Positions 54,613 through 64,000 of a stretch of DNA of 64,000 bases are shown piece after piece. Both the position numbers and the translations under genes were made by a program. This stretch comes from Flavobacteriales bacterium (lineage in GTDB: Bacteria; Bacteroidota; Bacteroidia; Flavobacteriales_F; PHOS-HE28), in the NCBI GenBank assembly GCA_016712535.1, contig JADJQW010000004.1:38756-102755 (forward strand), read 5' to 3'. Position 1 is the stretch's first letter. Every line of letters begins with the position of its first letter. A model generated the notes under the pieces. That model did no database searches, was not told the origin of the DNA, and saw nothing but the letters and a program-made list of their open reading frames with translations.

Positions 54613-55392
54613 ATGTGGAACCGGACTCTGCTCTTCGGCCTTTCGCTGCTCCTTGTGCCGTCACCTCTTGAGGCGTGCTCCTGCTTCGGTCCATCAACGT
54701 TCTGCGAGACCATGCAACCGTTTCCGGGCACGTTCCCACCAGATTGGGTAATTCCAGATCACGTGGTGCTGGGCGTGAAGCTGGCCACCGTGGAGTATGG
54801 CGTGGACCTGCAGGTGATCCAGGATTTCCGAGGCGGCCTGGCGGCCGACGAGATCATCCGGGTCTGGGGCGATTGCGGCTTCCTGTGCCGCACGTACAAC
54901 GGCTGGGTGGAATACGGCGATACGGTGCTTTGGGGGATCAAGCCATGCGATCTGGCGGGCAACATGTTCTGCGGCGCCAGCCAGTTCGAGGCCCCGGAAC
55001 ATTACCAGCTGCCCGTGTGCGGCATCTACTGGCTCGGCTACAGCAATGGCGTGGTGAGCGGTCCGCTCTTCACCGAGGGCGCAACCGAGACCATCGCGCT
55101 GGAGGATTTCGAAGCGCTGGTGAATGGATGCCTTGCCACCTCGATTGAAGCTCGATCACCCACGGAAGCCTCGGTCAGTTGCACGAGCGATGGCATCTTG
55201 ATCCGAACGACGCATGAGTGGTCGGAAAACAAACAGGTCTGCATCACCGATGCGACCGGCCGGCTGCTCCTCAACACAGGATTTCTCGGTGAGCTTGGGT
55301 CGATCCCGCTACCGGTGCATGCTGCCGGGATCCTGATGGTGACCGTGCTCGACGAGCAGCGCTCATTCACCGCTCGGGTGCTGGCGCACTAA
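54613..55392 (+). CDS. Secreted protein with N-terminal CSC (TIMP/NTR-like) module and probable T9SS type A C-terminal sorting domain
   Basis: The signal peptide [21 protein letters not shown] is followed directly by [11 protein letters not shown]. The C-terminal stretch [51 protein letters not shown] resembles Por-secretion tails. Confidence 0.6.
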   Translation: MWNRTLLFGLSLLLVPSPLEACSCFGPSTFCETMQPFPGTFPPDWVIPDHVVLGVKLATVEYGVDLQVIQDFRGGLAADEIIRVWGDCGFLCRTYNGWVEYGDTVLWGIKPCDLAGNMFCGASQFEAPEHYQLPVCGIYWLGYSNGVVSGPLFTEGATETIALEDFEALVNGCLATSIEARSPTEASVSCTSDGILIRTTHEWSENKQVCITDATGRLLLNTGFLGELGSIPLPVHAAGILMVTVLDEQRSFTARVLAH

Positions 55393-55394
55393 GG

Positions 55395-56285
55395 TCAGCC
55401 CTTCTCAGCGGCGAGCGTGTTGCGCATGGCTTCCAATTCTGCCTGCGCCGCTTCATCGAGTGCAGGATGCTTCAGGTCAAGGGCTTCCATGCGCTCACGC
55501 ACCAGCCGGCCCACGATGGCGCGCGTCTCCCACTGGTCATCAGCGGGCACGATGTACCAGGGCGCGTGCGATGCCGCAGTGGCGCGGATGGCCTGCTCGT
55601 AAGCGTGCATGTAAGCGTTCCAGTGCCCGCGCTCCTTCACATCACCTGCATTGAACTTCCAGTTCTTAGCCGGGTCGTCGATGCGCTCGAGGAAGCGCTC
55701 CTTCTGCGCTGCGCGGCTCATGTGCAGGTAGAACTTCATGATCACCGTTCCGCTCTCGGCCAACTGCTTCTCCCAGGCTCGGATGGCCGCGTAGCGCGAT
55801 TCCCAGAAGGCGATGTCGATGTCCTTCACGGATGCGATGCCCGGGATGTTCTGCGCCAGGATGAACTCCGGATGCACGCGCGTTACGAGCACCTCTTCGT
55901 AGTGGCTGCGGTTGTGGATGCCGATGTGGCCACGCTCGGGCACTGCCTGGGAATGGCGCCAGAGGAAATCGTGGCTTCGCTCTAACGAGCTCGGCGCTTT
56001 GAAGCTCCAGACGCGCACGCCCTGCGGGTTCACGCCGCTCATCACGTGGCGGATGCAGCTGTCCTTGCCGGCCGCATCCATGGCTTGGAAGATGAGCAGG
56101 ACGGCGTGCTTGCCAACTGCGTAGAGCACGTCCTGCTGCTCGGCGATGCGCGCGCGGTCCTTCTCCAGCCGTTCTTTCAGCTCCTTCTTGTCGGCTTCCT
56201 TCGGGAGATCGCACAAGTGGCTCTTCAAGCTGAAGGAGCCGGGTTCGTTCACGGCGAAGCGGGGATCGTGCAGGAGGTCTTTCAT
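55395..56285 (-). CDS. Polyphosphate kinase 2 (PPK2) family protein
   Basis: PPK2 motifs LLIFQAMDAAGKDSCIRHV (Walker A-like) and FLWRHSQAVPERGHIGIHNRSHYEEVLVTRVH. The ATG at 56285 (MKDLLHD) is preferred over the longer ORF. Confidence 0.85.
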   Translation of the reverse strand: MKDLLHDPRFAVNEPGSFSLKSHLCDLPKEADKKELKERLEKDRARIAEQQDVLYAVGKHAVLLIFQAMDAAGKDSCIRHVMSGVNPQGVRVWSFKAPSSLERSHDFLWRHSQAVPERGHIGIHNRSHYEEVLVTRVHPEFILAQNIPGIASVKDIDIAFWESRYAAIRAWEKQLAESGTVIMKFYLHMSRAAQKERFLERIDDPAKNWKFNAGDVKERGHWNAYMHAYEQAIRATAASHAPWYIVPADDQWETRAIVGRLVRERMEALDLKHPALDEAAQAELEAMRNTLAAEKG

Positions 56286-56348
56286 GGCGCCCGAATCTAG
56301 GCCGCAGCATGGTGGCGTTTCGCGATCTTCACCGCTCATAAAAGCACT

Positions 56349-56747
56349 ATGCCCCCCATCGTCCATTCCCCATTCTCGCGCTTCGCGAAGCGGGTGTCGC
56401 TCATCACAGGCCGGCCCTTCACCTTCATACTCGCCCTCGTGCTCATCATCTCATGGGCGGTAACCGGGCCGCTGTTCGGTTACAGCGACACCTGGCAATT
56501 GGTGATAAACACCGGCACCACCATACTCACCTTCCTCATGGTGTTCCTGATCCAGAACACCCAGAACCGCGATACGGAAGCGCTGCAGATCAAGCTCGAC
56601 GAGCTCATCCGGGTACAGCATGAGGCGAACAACGCCCTGCTCGACCTGGAGGAACTCGATGAGGAGGACCTTGAGCGCGTCAAGGCCATCTACCTCTCCC
56701 TCGCCCGGAAGGAGCGGGAGCAGCGGGATGCGCGCGCTGATCAGTGA
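56349..56747 (+). CDS. Low-affinity iron permease family protein
   Basis: Family signature GYSDTWQLVINTGTTILTFLMVFLIQNTQNRDTEALQIKLDELI. Confidence 0.75.
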   Translation: MPPIVHSPFSRFAKRVSLITGRPFTFILALVLIISWAVTGPLFGYSDTWQLVINTGTTILTFLMVFLIQNTQNRDTEALQIKLDELIRVQHEANNALLDLEELDEEDLERVKAIYLSLARKEREQRDARADQ

Positions 56748-57880
56748 AGCGCCTGCTCGAGGTCGGCGATCAGGTCCTCTGCGTCCTCAAGGCCAACGCT
56801 TAACCGGATCAACGTGTCGGCCAGCCCATTCTTCAGGCGCTCCTCACGCGGGATGCTCGCGTGCGTCATGCTCGCGGGGTGACCGCTGAGCGATTCCACG
56901 CCGCCGAGGCTCTCGGCCAGTGAGAAGAGCCTGGTGCTGCTGAGCACGCGTGTGGCGTCAGCCATGTTGTCGCCCTTGAGCGTGAAGCTGATCATGCCGC
57001 CGAAGCCGCGCATCTGCTTCGCAGCGACCGCATGGTTCGCATGCGTCGGGAAACCGGGCCAGTACACCTTGTCCACCTTCGGATGCTTCGCTAGCCATTC
57101 CGCCACGGCCTTGCCGTTCTCACAATGACGCTGCATGCGCAGGTGCAGGGTCTTCAATCCGCGCAGCACGAGGAAGCAATCCTGCGGGCCGGGCGTGGCG
57201 CCGCTGCTGTTCTGGATGAATGCCAGTCTCTCGGCGAGCTGCGCATCCTTCACTACCAGCGCGCCCATCACCACGTCGCTGTGGCCGCCGAGGTACTTCG
57301 TCACGCTGTGCATCACGATGTCGGCGCCGAGATCGATCGGCGTTTGCAGGTAGGGGCTTGCGAAGGTGTTGTCCATGCCCAGCAGGCAGCCGTGCTTCTT
57401 CGCGATGGCGCTCAGGCCGGCGATGTCGATGATGCGAAGCAGCGGGTTGGTCGGCGTTTCGGCCCAGATGAGCTTCGTGTTCGAGGACATCGCGTCTTCC
57501 ACGTTCTTCAGGACGCCCATGTCCACGAACCTGAACTTCACGCCGAAGCCCTCGAAGATCTTCGTGAAGAGCCGGTAGGTGCCGCCGTAGAGGTCGTTGG
57601 TGCTCACCACCTCATCACCGGGCTTGAGTAATTTAATGATGGCGTCGATGCTGGCCATGCCGCTGCTGAAGCAGAGGCCGTGCGTGCCGTTCTCGAGCGC
57701 GGCCAGCGCGTTCTGCAGCGCGGTGCGCGTGGGGTTGTGCGTGCGGCTGTACTCGTAGCCCTTATGATCGCCCGGAGCGGCCTGCACGTAGGTGCTGGTC
57801 TGGTAGATGGGCGTCATGATGGCGCCCGTGGTGGGGTCGGGCTCCACGCCGGCGTGGATGGCTTTGGTGCCGAATTTCAT
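56741..57880 (-). CDS. Cys/Met-metabolism PLP-dependent trans-sulfuration enzyme (cystathionine gamma-synthase/beta-lyase family)
   Basis: N-terminus KAIHAGVEPDPTTGAIMTPIYQTSTY and the PLP-lysine motif HSVTKYLGGHSDVV. Confidence 0.9.
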   Translation of the reverse strand: MKFGTKAIHAGVEPDPTTGAIMTPIYQTSTYVQAAPGDHKGYEYSRTHNPTRTALQNALAALENGTHGLCFSSGMASIDAIIKLLKPGDEVVSTNDLYGGTYRLFTKIFEGFGVKFRFVDMGVLKNVEDAMSSNTKLIWAETPTNPLLRIIDIAGLSAIAKKHGCLLGMDNTFASPYLQTPIDLGADIVMHSVTKYLGGHSDVVMGALVVKDAQLAERLAFIQNSSGATPGPQDCFLVLRGLKTLHLRMQRHCENGKAVAEWLAKHPKVDKVYWPGFPTHANHAVAAKQMRGFGGMISFTLKGDNMADATRVLSSTRLFSLAESLGGVESLSGHPASMTHASIPREERLKNGLADTLIRLSVGLEDAEDLIADLEQALH

Positions 57881-57949
57881 GGTGAGTGATGAGGGCCGCG
57901 AAGGTAGGGGCGTCGAATTCGACGCCCCTACCTTCGCGGATCTTCATCC

Positions 57950-58942
57950 ATGCCCCGCATCGGCCCGATCCAACTACCGGAATTCCCGCTGCTGCTCGCG
58001 CCCATGGAGGACGTGAGCGACCCGCCCTTCCGCGCGCTGTGCAAGCAGCACGGGGCCGACCTGATGTTCACCGAGTTCATCAGCAGCGAGGGCCTCATCC
58101 GCCAGGCCGCCAAAGGCCTCAAGAAGCTCGACATCTTCGAGGCCGAGCGGCCCATCGGCATCCAGCTCTTTGGCGGCAGCGAGGACGCGATGGAAGAAGC
58201 CGCGCGCATCGCCGAGGCGGCCAAGCCCGACCTCATCGACATCAACTATGGCTGCCCTGTGCACAAGGTGGTGAGCAAGGGCGCAGGCGCCTGCCTGCTG
58301 CTCGATGTGGACAAGATGGTGCGACTCACCGAGAAGGTGGTGAAGGCCGTGAAGCTGCCTGTGACCGTGAAGACGCGCCTGGGCTGGGACGATAAGAGCA
58401 AGAACATCGTGGAGGTGGCCGAGCGCCTGCAGGATGTGGGCATCCAGGCCCTGAGCATCCACGGCCGCACGCGTGCTCAACTGTACAAGGGCCCTGCGGA
58501 TTGGACGCTCATCGGCGCCGTGAAGAACAACCCGCGCATGCGCATCCCGATCTTCGGCAACGGCGACATCGACAGCCCGGAGAGAGCTTTTGAGCAGCGC
58601 AACCGCTACGGTGTGGATGGCGTGATGATCGGCCGCGCGAGCATCGGCCACCCGTTCATATTCAACGAGATCAAGCACTACCTCGCCACTGGCGCGCACC
58701 TGCCGCAACCCAGCGTTGCCGATCGCGTGGAAGCCGCGCGCCAGCACCTGCGGAGTTCCTTGGCCTGGAAAGGCGCGTGGGAAGGCGTGGTGGAGATGCG
58801 GCGCCACTACGGCAACTACCTGAAGGGGCTTCCGAATGTGAAGGAAGTGCGATTGCGCTTGTGCACGGAGAAGGACCCGGTGGTGATCGAGGAGATCCTT
58901 GATGAGGTGATCTCGAGCTACACCCTTGCCGCCGTGGCGTAA
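57950..58942 (+). CDS. dusB: tRNA-dihydrouridine synthase
   Basis: Dus motifs LAPMEDVSDPPFR, IDINYGCPVHKVV and LSIHGRTRAQLYKGPADW. Confidence 0.9.
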   Translation: MPRIGPIQLPEFPLLLAPMEDVSDPPFRALCKQHGADLMFTEFISSEGLIRQAAKGLKKLDIFEAERPIGIQLFGGSEDAMEEAARIAEAAKPDLIDINYGCPVHKVVSKGAGACLLLDVDKMVRLTEKVVKAVKLPVTVKTRLGWDDKSKNIVEVAERLQDVGIQALSIHGRTRAQLYKGPADWTLIGAVKNNPRMRIPIFGNGDIDSPERAFEQRNRYGVDGVMIGRASIGHPFIFNEIKHYLATGAHLPQPSVADRVEAARQHLRSSLAWKGAWEGVVEMRRHYGNYLKGLPNVKEVRLRLCTEKDPVVIEEILDEVISSYTLAAVA

Positions 58943-60147
58943 AGGAACCTGCGGCTCAGTGCGCGCAGAGGCACCCATGTGGCCAGCAAGCCGATGGCGA
59001 GCACCGTAGCCGTGATCAGCAGCAGGTCGCCGCCCACGAGCTTCACCGGGAACGAATCGGTCATCGCCTCAGCCATTTCCACGAAGGCGAAGCGCTGCTG
59101 CGCCAGCACGATGCCCACGCCCAGCGCGAGGCCGATCGCGGCGCCCGCGAAGACGATCAATAGTCCTTCGTGAAGGAAGATGCGGCGCACCGTGCTCGCT
59201 TCGGCACCCATGCTCATCAGGGTGCGCATGTCCTCCTTCTTCTCGATCATCATCATGGTGAGCGAGGCGATCACGTTGAACGCGCCGATCAATCCGATGA
59301 AGGTGAGCACAACGAAGGCCACGAGCTTCTCAGTGGCGTTGGTCTGGTACATGAGCGCATTCTTCTGGTAGCGGGTCTTCACGGTGTAGCGCGGGCCCAG
59401 CACAGCGGCGATTTCACTCGCCGCGCGGTCCATGTCGGCCTTTGGCAACAGCTTCAGCTCAAGGGCGCTGGCGGCGCTGTCGTAGTGGAGCAGTTCAGCG
59501 GCGAGTTCGAGGGGCACCACGGCGTACTTGCTGTCGTACTCCATGTTCATGCTGAAGGCGCCGCTGAGCGCAACGGCCGCCTGCTCGAAGGCTGCCTGCT
59601 TGTACTTGCTGAGCTTGCGTCCTCGGATGGGAGCGCTGATCTCCAGCGGCTGGAACACGCCATCGTCCTCTGGAACGCCGAGGTCAGCCTTCAGCGCGAG
59701 GCCGAGGATGGCCGTTGGGCCGGTCGCGCCCTCCAGCGCGGCTTTGCCGGTGAAGAGATACCGCTGCATGTCGGACATCGCGAGGTATTGCGGCTCCACG
59801 CCTTTGAGGGTGGCCACGGCCTGCTGGTCGCCGCAGCGCAGCAGCACGTTCTCTTCGATGGTGAAGCTGGCCTGCTCCACATCGGCGCGCGCGAGCAGGG
59901 CGCCCAGGTCGATGGAGTCGCGCGCCAATGTCTTCCCCTCGGCGGGCGTGATGGTGATGTCGAGGTCGAAGGGCGAGTAGATGCGGTCCACCAGCTCGGC
60001 GATGCCGTTCATGGCGCTCATCACCACCACCATGGCGCCGGTGACCACCGCGATCACCACGATGCTGATCCACGTGATCACGTTGATCGCGTTGGTGCTG
60101 CGCCTGGCCAGCAGGTAGCGTCGGGCGAAGAGGAGGGGGAGGTTCAT
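58918..60147 (-). CDS. FtsX/LolE-like ABC transporter permease
   Basis: N-terminus FARRYLLARRSTNAINVITWISIVVIAVVTGAMVVVMSAMNG and a C-terminal FtsX-type TM triad (MMMIEKKEDMRTLMSMGA). Confidence 0.85.
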   Translation of the reverse strand: MNLPLLFARRYLLARRSTNAINVITWISIVVIAVVTGAMVVVMSAMNGIAELVDRIYSPFDLDITITPAEGKTLARDSIDLGALLARADVEQASFTIEENVLLRCGDQQAVATLKGVEPQYLAMSDMQRYLFTGKAALEGATGPTAILGLALKADLGVPEDDGVFQPLEISAPIRGRKLSKYKQAAFEQAAVALSGAFSMNMEYDSKYAVVPLELAAELLHYDSAASALELKLLPKADMDRAASEIAAVLGPRYTVKTRYQKNALMYQTNATEKLVAFVVLTFIGLIGAFNVIASLTMMMIEKKEDMRTLMSMGAEASTVRRIFLHEGLLIVFAGAAIGLALGVGIVLAQQRFAFVEMAEAMTDSFPVKLVGGDLLLITATVLAIGLLATWVPLRALSRRFLYATAARV

Positions 60148-60243
60148 TGATCAGGCGACCGGCGCATGAGTTGATCGGATGATCACAGCACGGTGGACAT
60201 TCAAAGTGGCACTCTCTGAGTATCTGATTGACCAATTGTCCGA

Positions 60244-61062
60244 TCACTTCCACGCCTTCACCACCAGTCCTGTCCCCGTACTGTGCTTCATGCGCACATC
60301 CGCCATGTTCAGCACGAAGGCGATGGGATAGGCCAGCAGGTAGTAGAACGGCAGCACGATGAAGAAGACCTTGCTCACGCCGAGCATCAGCAGTGGCCAC
60401 TTCATGCTCAGCTTCCAGCTGATCTTGCCCGGGGCGCCGTAGCTGTATCGTGCTTCCACCTTGCTGAAGCCGTTGCGCAGGCACTTGGCTCTGATGTCGT
60501 CGATGTTGTAGCCGTCGCGCACATGCTCTTCGATGAAGGAGCCTTCGCCCTCCTCATGCACATCACTGCCGCCTTGGTCGCTGGGGGTGCTGATGATGAG
60601 CATGCCGCCCTCCTTCAAGGAGGTGCTGTAGCAGCGCAGCGCTGCTTCGTCCTCTAGGATGTGCTCCATCACATCCACGCACACCACCAGGTCGAAGGTG
60701 TCCGGTTGCTGGAACTTGGTCACATCGCCCACTTCGAACTTCACCTGTGGCCTGCCGATGCGCTGGAAGAAGGCGTTGCAATCCGCCACCTGCTCGTCCT
60801 TCACATCGATGGCCGTGATTCTTGCTTTCGGAAGCCTTCCGCTGAGCCAATAGCTGTATTGCCCGAAGCCAGCGCCGGCATCGTAGATGGCAGTGATCGG
60901 CTTGCCATCCGCTTCTCGCTTCGCGATCCAGGTGCGCAGCTCGCGCTGGATGTGCCAGCAGCGCAGCAGCAGCAGGTCGAGGAGTTGATAGAAGATTTTG
61001 CGCAGCACCGGGGTGCGATTGAACACCACCCCCAAGCGGCGCTTGACCGGATCGTACTGCAT
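60244..61062 (-). CDS. Class I SAM-dependent methyltransferase with C-terminal hydrophobic tail
   Basis: SAM motif I IYDAGAGFGQYS, then the post-I acidic residue ITAIDV and motif DLVVCVDVMEH. Confidence 0.8.
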   Translation of the reverse strand: MQYDPVKRRLGVVFNRTPVLRKIFYQLLDLLLLRCWHIQRELRTWIAKREADGKPITAIYDAGAGFGQYSYWLSGRLPKARITAIDVKDEQVADCNAFFQRIGRPQVKFEVGDVTKFQQPDTFDLVVCVDVMEHILEDEAALRCYSTSLKEGGMLIISTPSDQGGSDVHEEGEGSFIEEHVRDGYNIDDIRAKCLRNGFSKVEARYSYGAPGKISWKLSMKWPLLMLGVSKVFFIVLPFYYLLAYPIAFVLNMADVRMKHSTGTGLVVKAWK

Positions 61063-61064
61063 CG

Positions 61065-61403
61065 CTATCCCTTCAGCAGTTTGTCAATGGCCTCTGCCCG
61101 GTCCAGTGAGTCATCCAGGTAGAAGAGCAGCTCCGGCACCACGCGCATCTGCTTGCCGATGCGGCCGCCGAGCGCTCCGCGCAACCGGTGGCTCTGCTCC
61201 TTGATGCGCGACATCACTTCGGACTTGTCCTTCACCGGGAAGAGGCTGAGGTACACCTTGGCCACACCCAGGTCCGGGCTGCAGCGCACGCCGGTCACGG
61301 TGATGAGGCCGCCGGGCAGCAGCGCCCTCCCTTCCTGCTGGAATACCGCAGCCATCTCCTTTAGGAGCAGGCTGTTCACCTTGTTCTGTCTCAGGCTATC
61401 CAT
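61065..61403 (-). CDS. rbfA: Ribosome-binding factor A
   Basis: RbfA pattern RQNKVNSLLLKEMAAVF ... ITVTGVRCSPDLGVAKVYLS ... VPELLFYLDDS. The ATG at 61403 is preferred over the longer ORF. Confidence 0.85.
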   Translation of the reverse strand: MDSLRQNKVNSLLLKEMAAVFQQEGRALLPGGLITVTGVRCSPDLGVAKVYLSLFPVKDKSEVMSRIKEQSHRLRGALGGRIGKQMRVVPELLFYLDDSLDRAEAIDKLLKG

Positions 61404-61479
61404 CGGCAGCGAAGGTAGGCGGGGCTTGCGGGGGCGCGAAATTTCGCGCCCTTGCACGCCCCTACATTCGCCGCGCAGC

Positions 61480-63309
61480 ATGCGCAACTTCTTCCGGATC
61501 CTCCGTTATGCCAGGCCCTATCGGCGCTATGCGGTGCTCAACGTGGTCTTCAACCTGGTGAGCACGGTGTTCCATCTGGGCTCGCTGCTCGTCTTCATCC
61601 CATTCCTCAACCTGCTCTTCGGGCAAACGCCGCCGCCCAGCGCCCGCCCAGCGTTCGAGTTGAGCCTTGAGGGCATCAAGCGCCTGCCGGAGCTCTTCAA
61701 CTGGCGCATGGCCGCCTACATCCAGGAGCATGGGCAGATGGGCGGCCTCGTCTTCATCTGCGTGGTGGTGGCGGGCTGCTTCCTGCTGAAGAACCTCACG
61801 CGCTACTTCGCGCTCTGGGCCATCGGCATCCTGCGCAACCGCGCCGTGCGCGACCTGCGCAACGAGGTGTACGACAAGATCCTCGACCTGCCCATGCGCT
61901 TCCACACCGGGGAGCGCAAGGGCAACACCATCGCGCGCATCACCAACGATGTGCAGGAAGTGGAGTTCAGCATCATGAACTACATCGAGATGGTGTTCCG
62001 GGAGCCGATCACGATCCTGCTCTCGCTGGCGCTGATGATCGGCATCTCGTGGCAGCTCACGCTCATCGCGCTGCTGCTGCTCCCGGTGAGCGGGCTGCTG
62101 ATCGGCCGGGTGGGCAAGAGCCTGCGCAAGGAGGGCCTACGCGCGCAGCAGAAGGCCGCCGATCTGCTGAGCACCGTGGAGGAGACGCTGACGGGCATGC
62201 GGGTGGTGAAGGCCTTCAATGGCGAGGAGCAGATGCGCCGCCGCTTCCGCCGCGAGAACGAGATGCTGAACAAGCTTAACGTGTTCACGCTGCGCCGGCG
62301 CGACATGGCCTCACCGCTCAGTGAGTTCCTGGGCGCGCTGGTGATGGTTGTGCTCGTGTACTTCGGCGGACAGCTCGTGATCGGTGAGAACGCCACGCTC
62401 TCCGGCGGCGAGTTCATCGGCTACATCATCCTCTTCAGCCAGCTGCTCGCGCCAGCGAAGGGGTTCACCACGGGCTACTATTGGATCAAGAAGGGCGGCG
62501 CCAGCGCGGAGCGGATCTTCGAGCTGCTCGCGATCGAGAACAGCGTGAAGGAGAAGCCCGATGCGAGGGCCATCACCGCGTTCAATGAGCGCGTGGAGTT
62601 CCACGCCGTGCAGTTCGCGTACGACGAGAAAGCCGTGCTGCGAACGATCGACTTATCGATACCGAAGGGCCGCAGCGTGGCGCTCGTGGGCACCAGTGGC
62701 GGCGGCAAGAGCACCTTGGCCGGATTGCTGCCGCGCTTCTATGATGCCACCGGAGGGCAGGTGCTCATCGATGGCGTCGATGTGCGGGACCTCAGGATCC
62801 AGGACCTGCGCGCGCTCATGGGAATCGTCACGCAGGACAGCATCCTCTTCAACGACACCGTTGCGGCGAACATCGCCTTCGGACAGCCGGGCATGAGCAT
62901 GGCCGACATCGAGCGCGCGGCTCGGGTGGCCAATGCGCATGAGTTCATCGTGAAGCTCGAGAACGGCTACCAGACCATGATCGGCGACATGGGCAACCGG
63001 CTCAGCGGCGGTCAGAAGCAGCGCCTCGCCATCGCGCGCGCGGTGCTGAAGAATCCGCCCATCCTCATCCTCGACGAGGCGACCAGTGCCTTGGATACCG
63101 AGAGCGAGCGGTTGGTTCAGGATGCGCTCTTCAAGATGATGGAGGGCCGCACGAGCCTGGTGATCGCGCACCGCCTCAGCACCATCCAGCATTGCGACGA
63201 GATCTGCGTGATCATGGAAGGCGCCATCGTGGAGCGCGGCACCCATGCGGAGCTCCACGCGAAGGGCGGGCACTACCGCAGGCTCTGCGACATGCAGGCG
63301 TTCGCATAG
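61480..63309 (+). CDS. ABC transporter permease/ATP-binding fusion protein (MsbA-like exporter)
   Basis: Six-TM N-terminal half. Walker A GTSGGGKST, signature LSGGQKQRLAIARA and Walker B ILILDEATSALD. The ATG at 61480 (MRNFFRILRYARPY) is chosen. Confidence 0.9.
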   Translation: MRNFFRILRYARPYRRYAVLNVVFNLVSTVFHLGSLLVFIPFLNLLFGQTPPPSARPAFELSLEGIKRLPELFNWRMAAYIQEHGQMGGLVFICVVVAGCFLLKNLTRYFALWAIGILRNRAVRDLRNEVYDKILDLPMRFHTGERKGNTIARITNDVQEVEFSIMNYIEMVFREPITILLSLALMIGISWQLTLIALLLLPVSGLLIGRVGKSLRKEGLRAQQKAADLLSTVEETLTGMRVVKAFNGEEQMRRRFRRENEMLNKLNVFTLRRRDMASPLSEFLGALVMVVLVYFGGQLVIGENATLSGGEFIGYIILFSQLLAPAKGFTTGYYWIKKGGASAERIFELLAIENSVKEKPDARAITAFNERVEFHAVQFAYDEKAVLRTIDLSIPKGRSVALVGTSGGGKSTLAGLLPRFYDATGGQVLIDGVDVRDLRIQDLRALMGIVTQDSILFNDTVAANIAFGQPGMSMADIERAARVANAHEFIVKLENGYQTMIGDMGNRLSGGQKQRLAIARAVLKNPPILILDEATSALDTESERLVQDALFKMMEGRTSLVIAHRLSTIQHCDEICVIMEGAIVERGTHAELHAKGGHYRRLCDMQAFA

Positions 63310-63368
63310 GGCTGACCAGCCGCGAGGCGTGTCAGGGCCCTCGCTATTTTCGCGCGATACTCACAAGC

Positions 63369-64000
63369 ATGAGGAACGCGCTACTGTTTGGCTTGCTCAT
63401 CCTGCTGGTGCCGGGCACCGCGCTTCCGCAATGGTCCCAGTTGACCGTCCCCAGCACTGAGGACCTACGGTCAGTCCACTATCGCGCAAATGGGAACGTC
63501 TGGCTTGGCGCATTCGATACGCTTCAGTGGTCCAGTAACAACGGGAACACCTTCATCGAACGACCGACCATGGTTGGCCCCTCGCCCCTTTTCGGCCTCT
63601 ATCTGGCCGTGCATGCCTTCGACAACGACACGGCGGTAATAACGGGAACCATGTTCACGGGAACCGTGGAGGCGATTTACCGCACAACCGATGCGGGTCT
63701 TTCATGGAACATGGTTCACACGGCGGACGTTGACCTTATCGATATTCTCTGGGACTTCGATTTCTCACAATCTCCAATCGGGTACGCAGTAGGCACCAAT
63801 GGCCGCATTCTGCGTAGCGCGGATATGGGTCTGAATTGGACACCGATACCGTCTGGAACGACCTGGGGCTTGAAGCGTGTCGTATGGGCAGGAGGGAGCA
63901 ATTACCTGGCTGCCGGGACTTCGGCATTCTTGCGCAGCACAAATGGAGGACTGAACTGGTCAGCCGTGAGCGGACCGACCGGAGCCGAGGACCTCGTCTG
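63369..64000 (+). CDS. Secreted BNR/Asp-box repeat (Ycf48/sialidase-like propeller) protein, 3-prime end outside the window
   Basis: Not in the ORF track because it has no stop. My own translation from the ATG at 63369 is open to the window end. It has a signal peptide (LLFGLLILLVPGTALPQ) and repeated S-x-D/N-x-G-x-x-W boxes (SSNNGNTF, TTDAGLSW, SADMGLNW, STNGGLNW). Confidence 0.6.
   Translation, partial: MRNALLFGLLILLVPGTALPQWSQLTVPSTEDLRSVHYRANGNVWLGAFDTLQWSSNNGNTFIERPTMVGPSPLFGLYLAVHAFDNDTAVITGTMFTGTVEAIYRTTDAGLSWNMVHTADVDLIDILWDFDFSQSPIGYAVGTNGRILRSADMGLNWTPIPSGTTWGLKRVVWAGGSNYLAAGTSAFLRSTNGGLNWSAVSGPTGAEDLV

Overview
All calls are made by eye from the ORF track and the sequence; no searches were run. 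The segment looks like a high-GC Bacteroidota chromosome. Evidence is T9SS type B C-terminal domains, three PorP/SprF genes, SprB-type repeats and a DUF2723 protein.

Block 1 (1-16 kb) is visibly less GC-rich and reads as a defence island inside a split type I R-M locus.
- The hsdR 3-prime part lies at 2-1339 and an intact hsdM at 14564-16042. No hsdS is visible in the window.
- Between them lie a GmrSD-type DUF262/DUF1524 enzyme and an operon of a frameshifted RecQ-like helicase::ComF-type PRTase gene followed by a DprA-like gene (ShosTA-like logic).
- There is also a tightly overlapping three-gene operon: a CHAT protease with a lipoprotein-like signal, a secreted unknown protein and a CHASE2-like membrane protein.
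- A minus-strand toxin-like/HTH/SecB-like operon follows, in TAC-like order.
- The two latter cassettes are each preceded by a near-identical ~70-nt direct copy of the first codons of hsdM. The first copy is fused to a short 3-prime remnant of a second GmrSD-like gene.

Block 2 (16-23 kb) holds membrane and secreted proteins, menB and tRNA-Arg(CCT).

Block 3 (23-47 kb) is a T9SS adhesin cluster.
- It has three consecutive cargo -> PorP/SprF pairs, including 3107-aa and about 2840-aa repeat proteins.
- It is closed by a TPR/PD40/OmpA protein.

Block 4 (47-64 kb) is housekeeping.
- Genes include a polysaccharide deacetylase, DUF2723, tRNA-Gln(TTG), an MtfA-like peptidase, a deaminase, a frameshifted aspS and PPK2.
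- They also include an iron permease family protein, a trans-sulfuration enzyme, dusB, an FtsX-like permease, rbfA and an MsbA-like ABC exporter.

No CRISPR array, rRNA, integrase or transposase was seen. Many long antisense ORFs in the track are high-GC artefacts.
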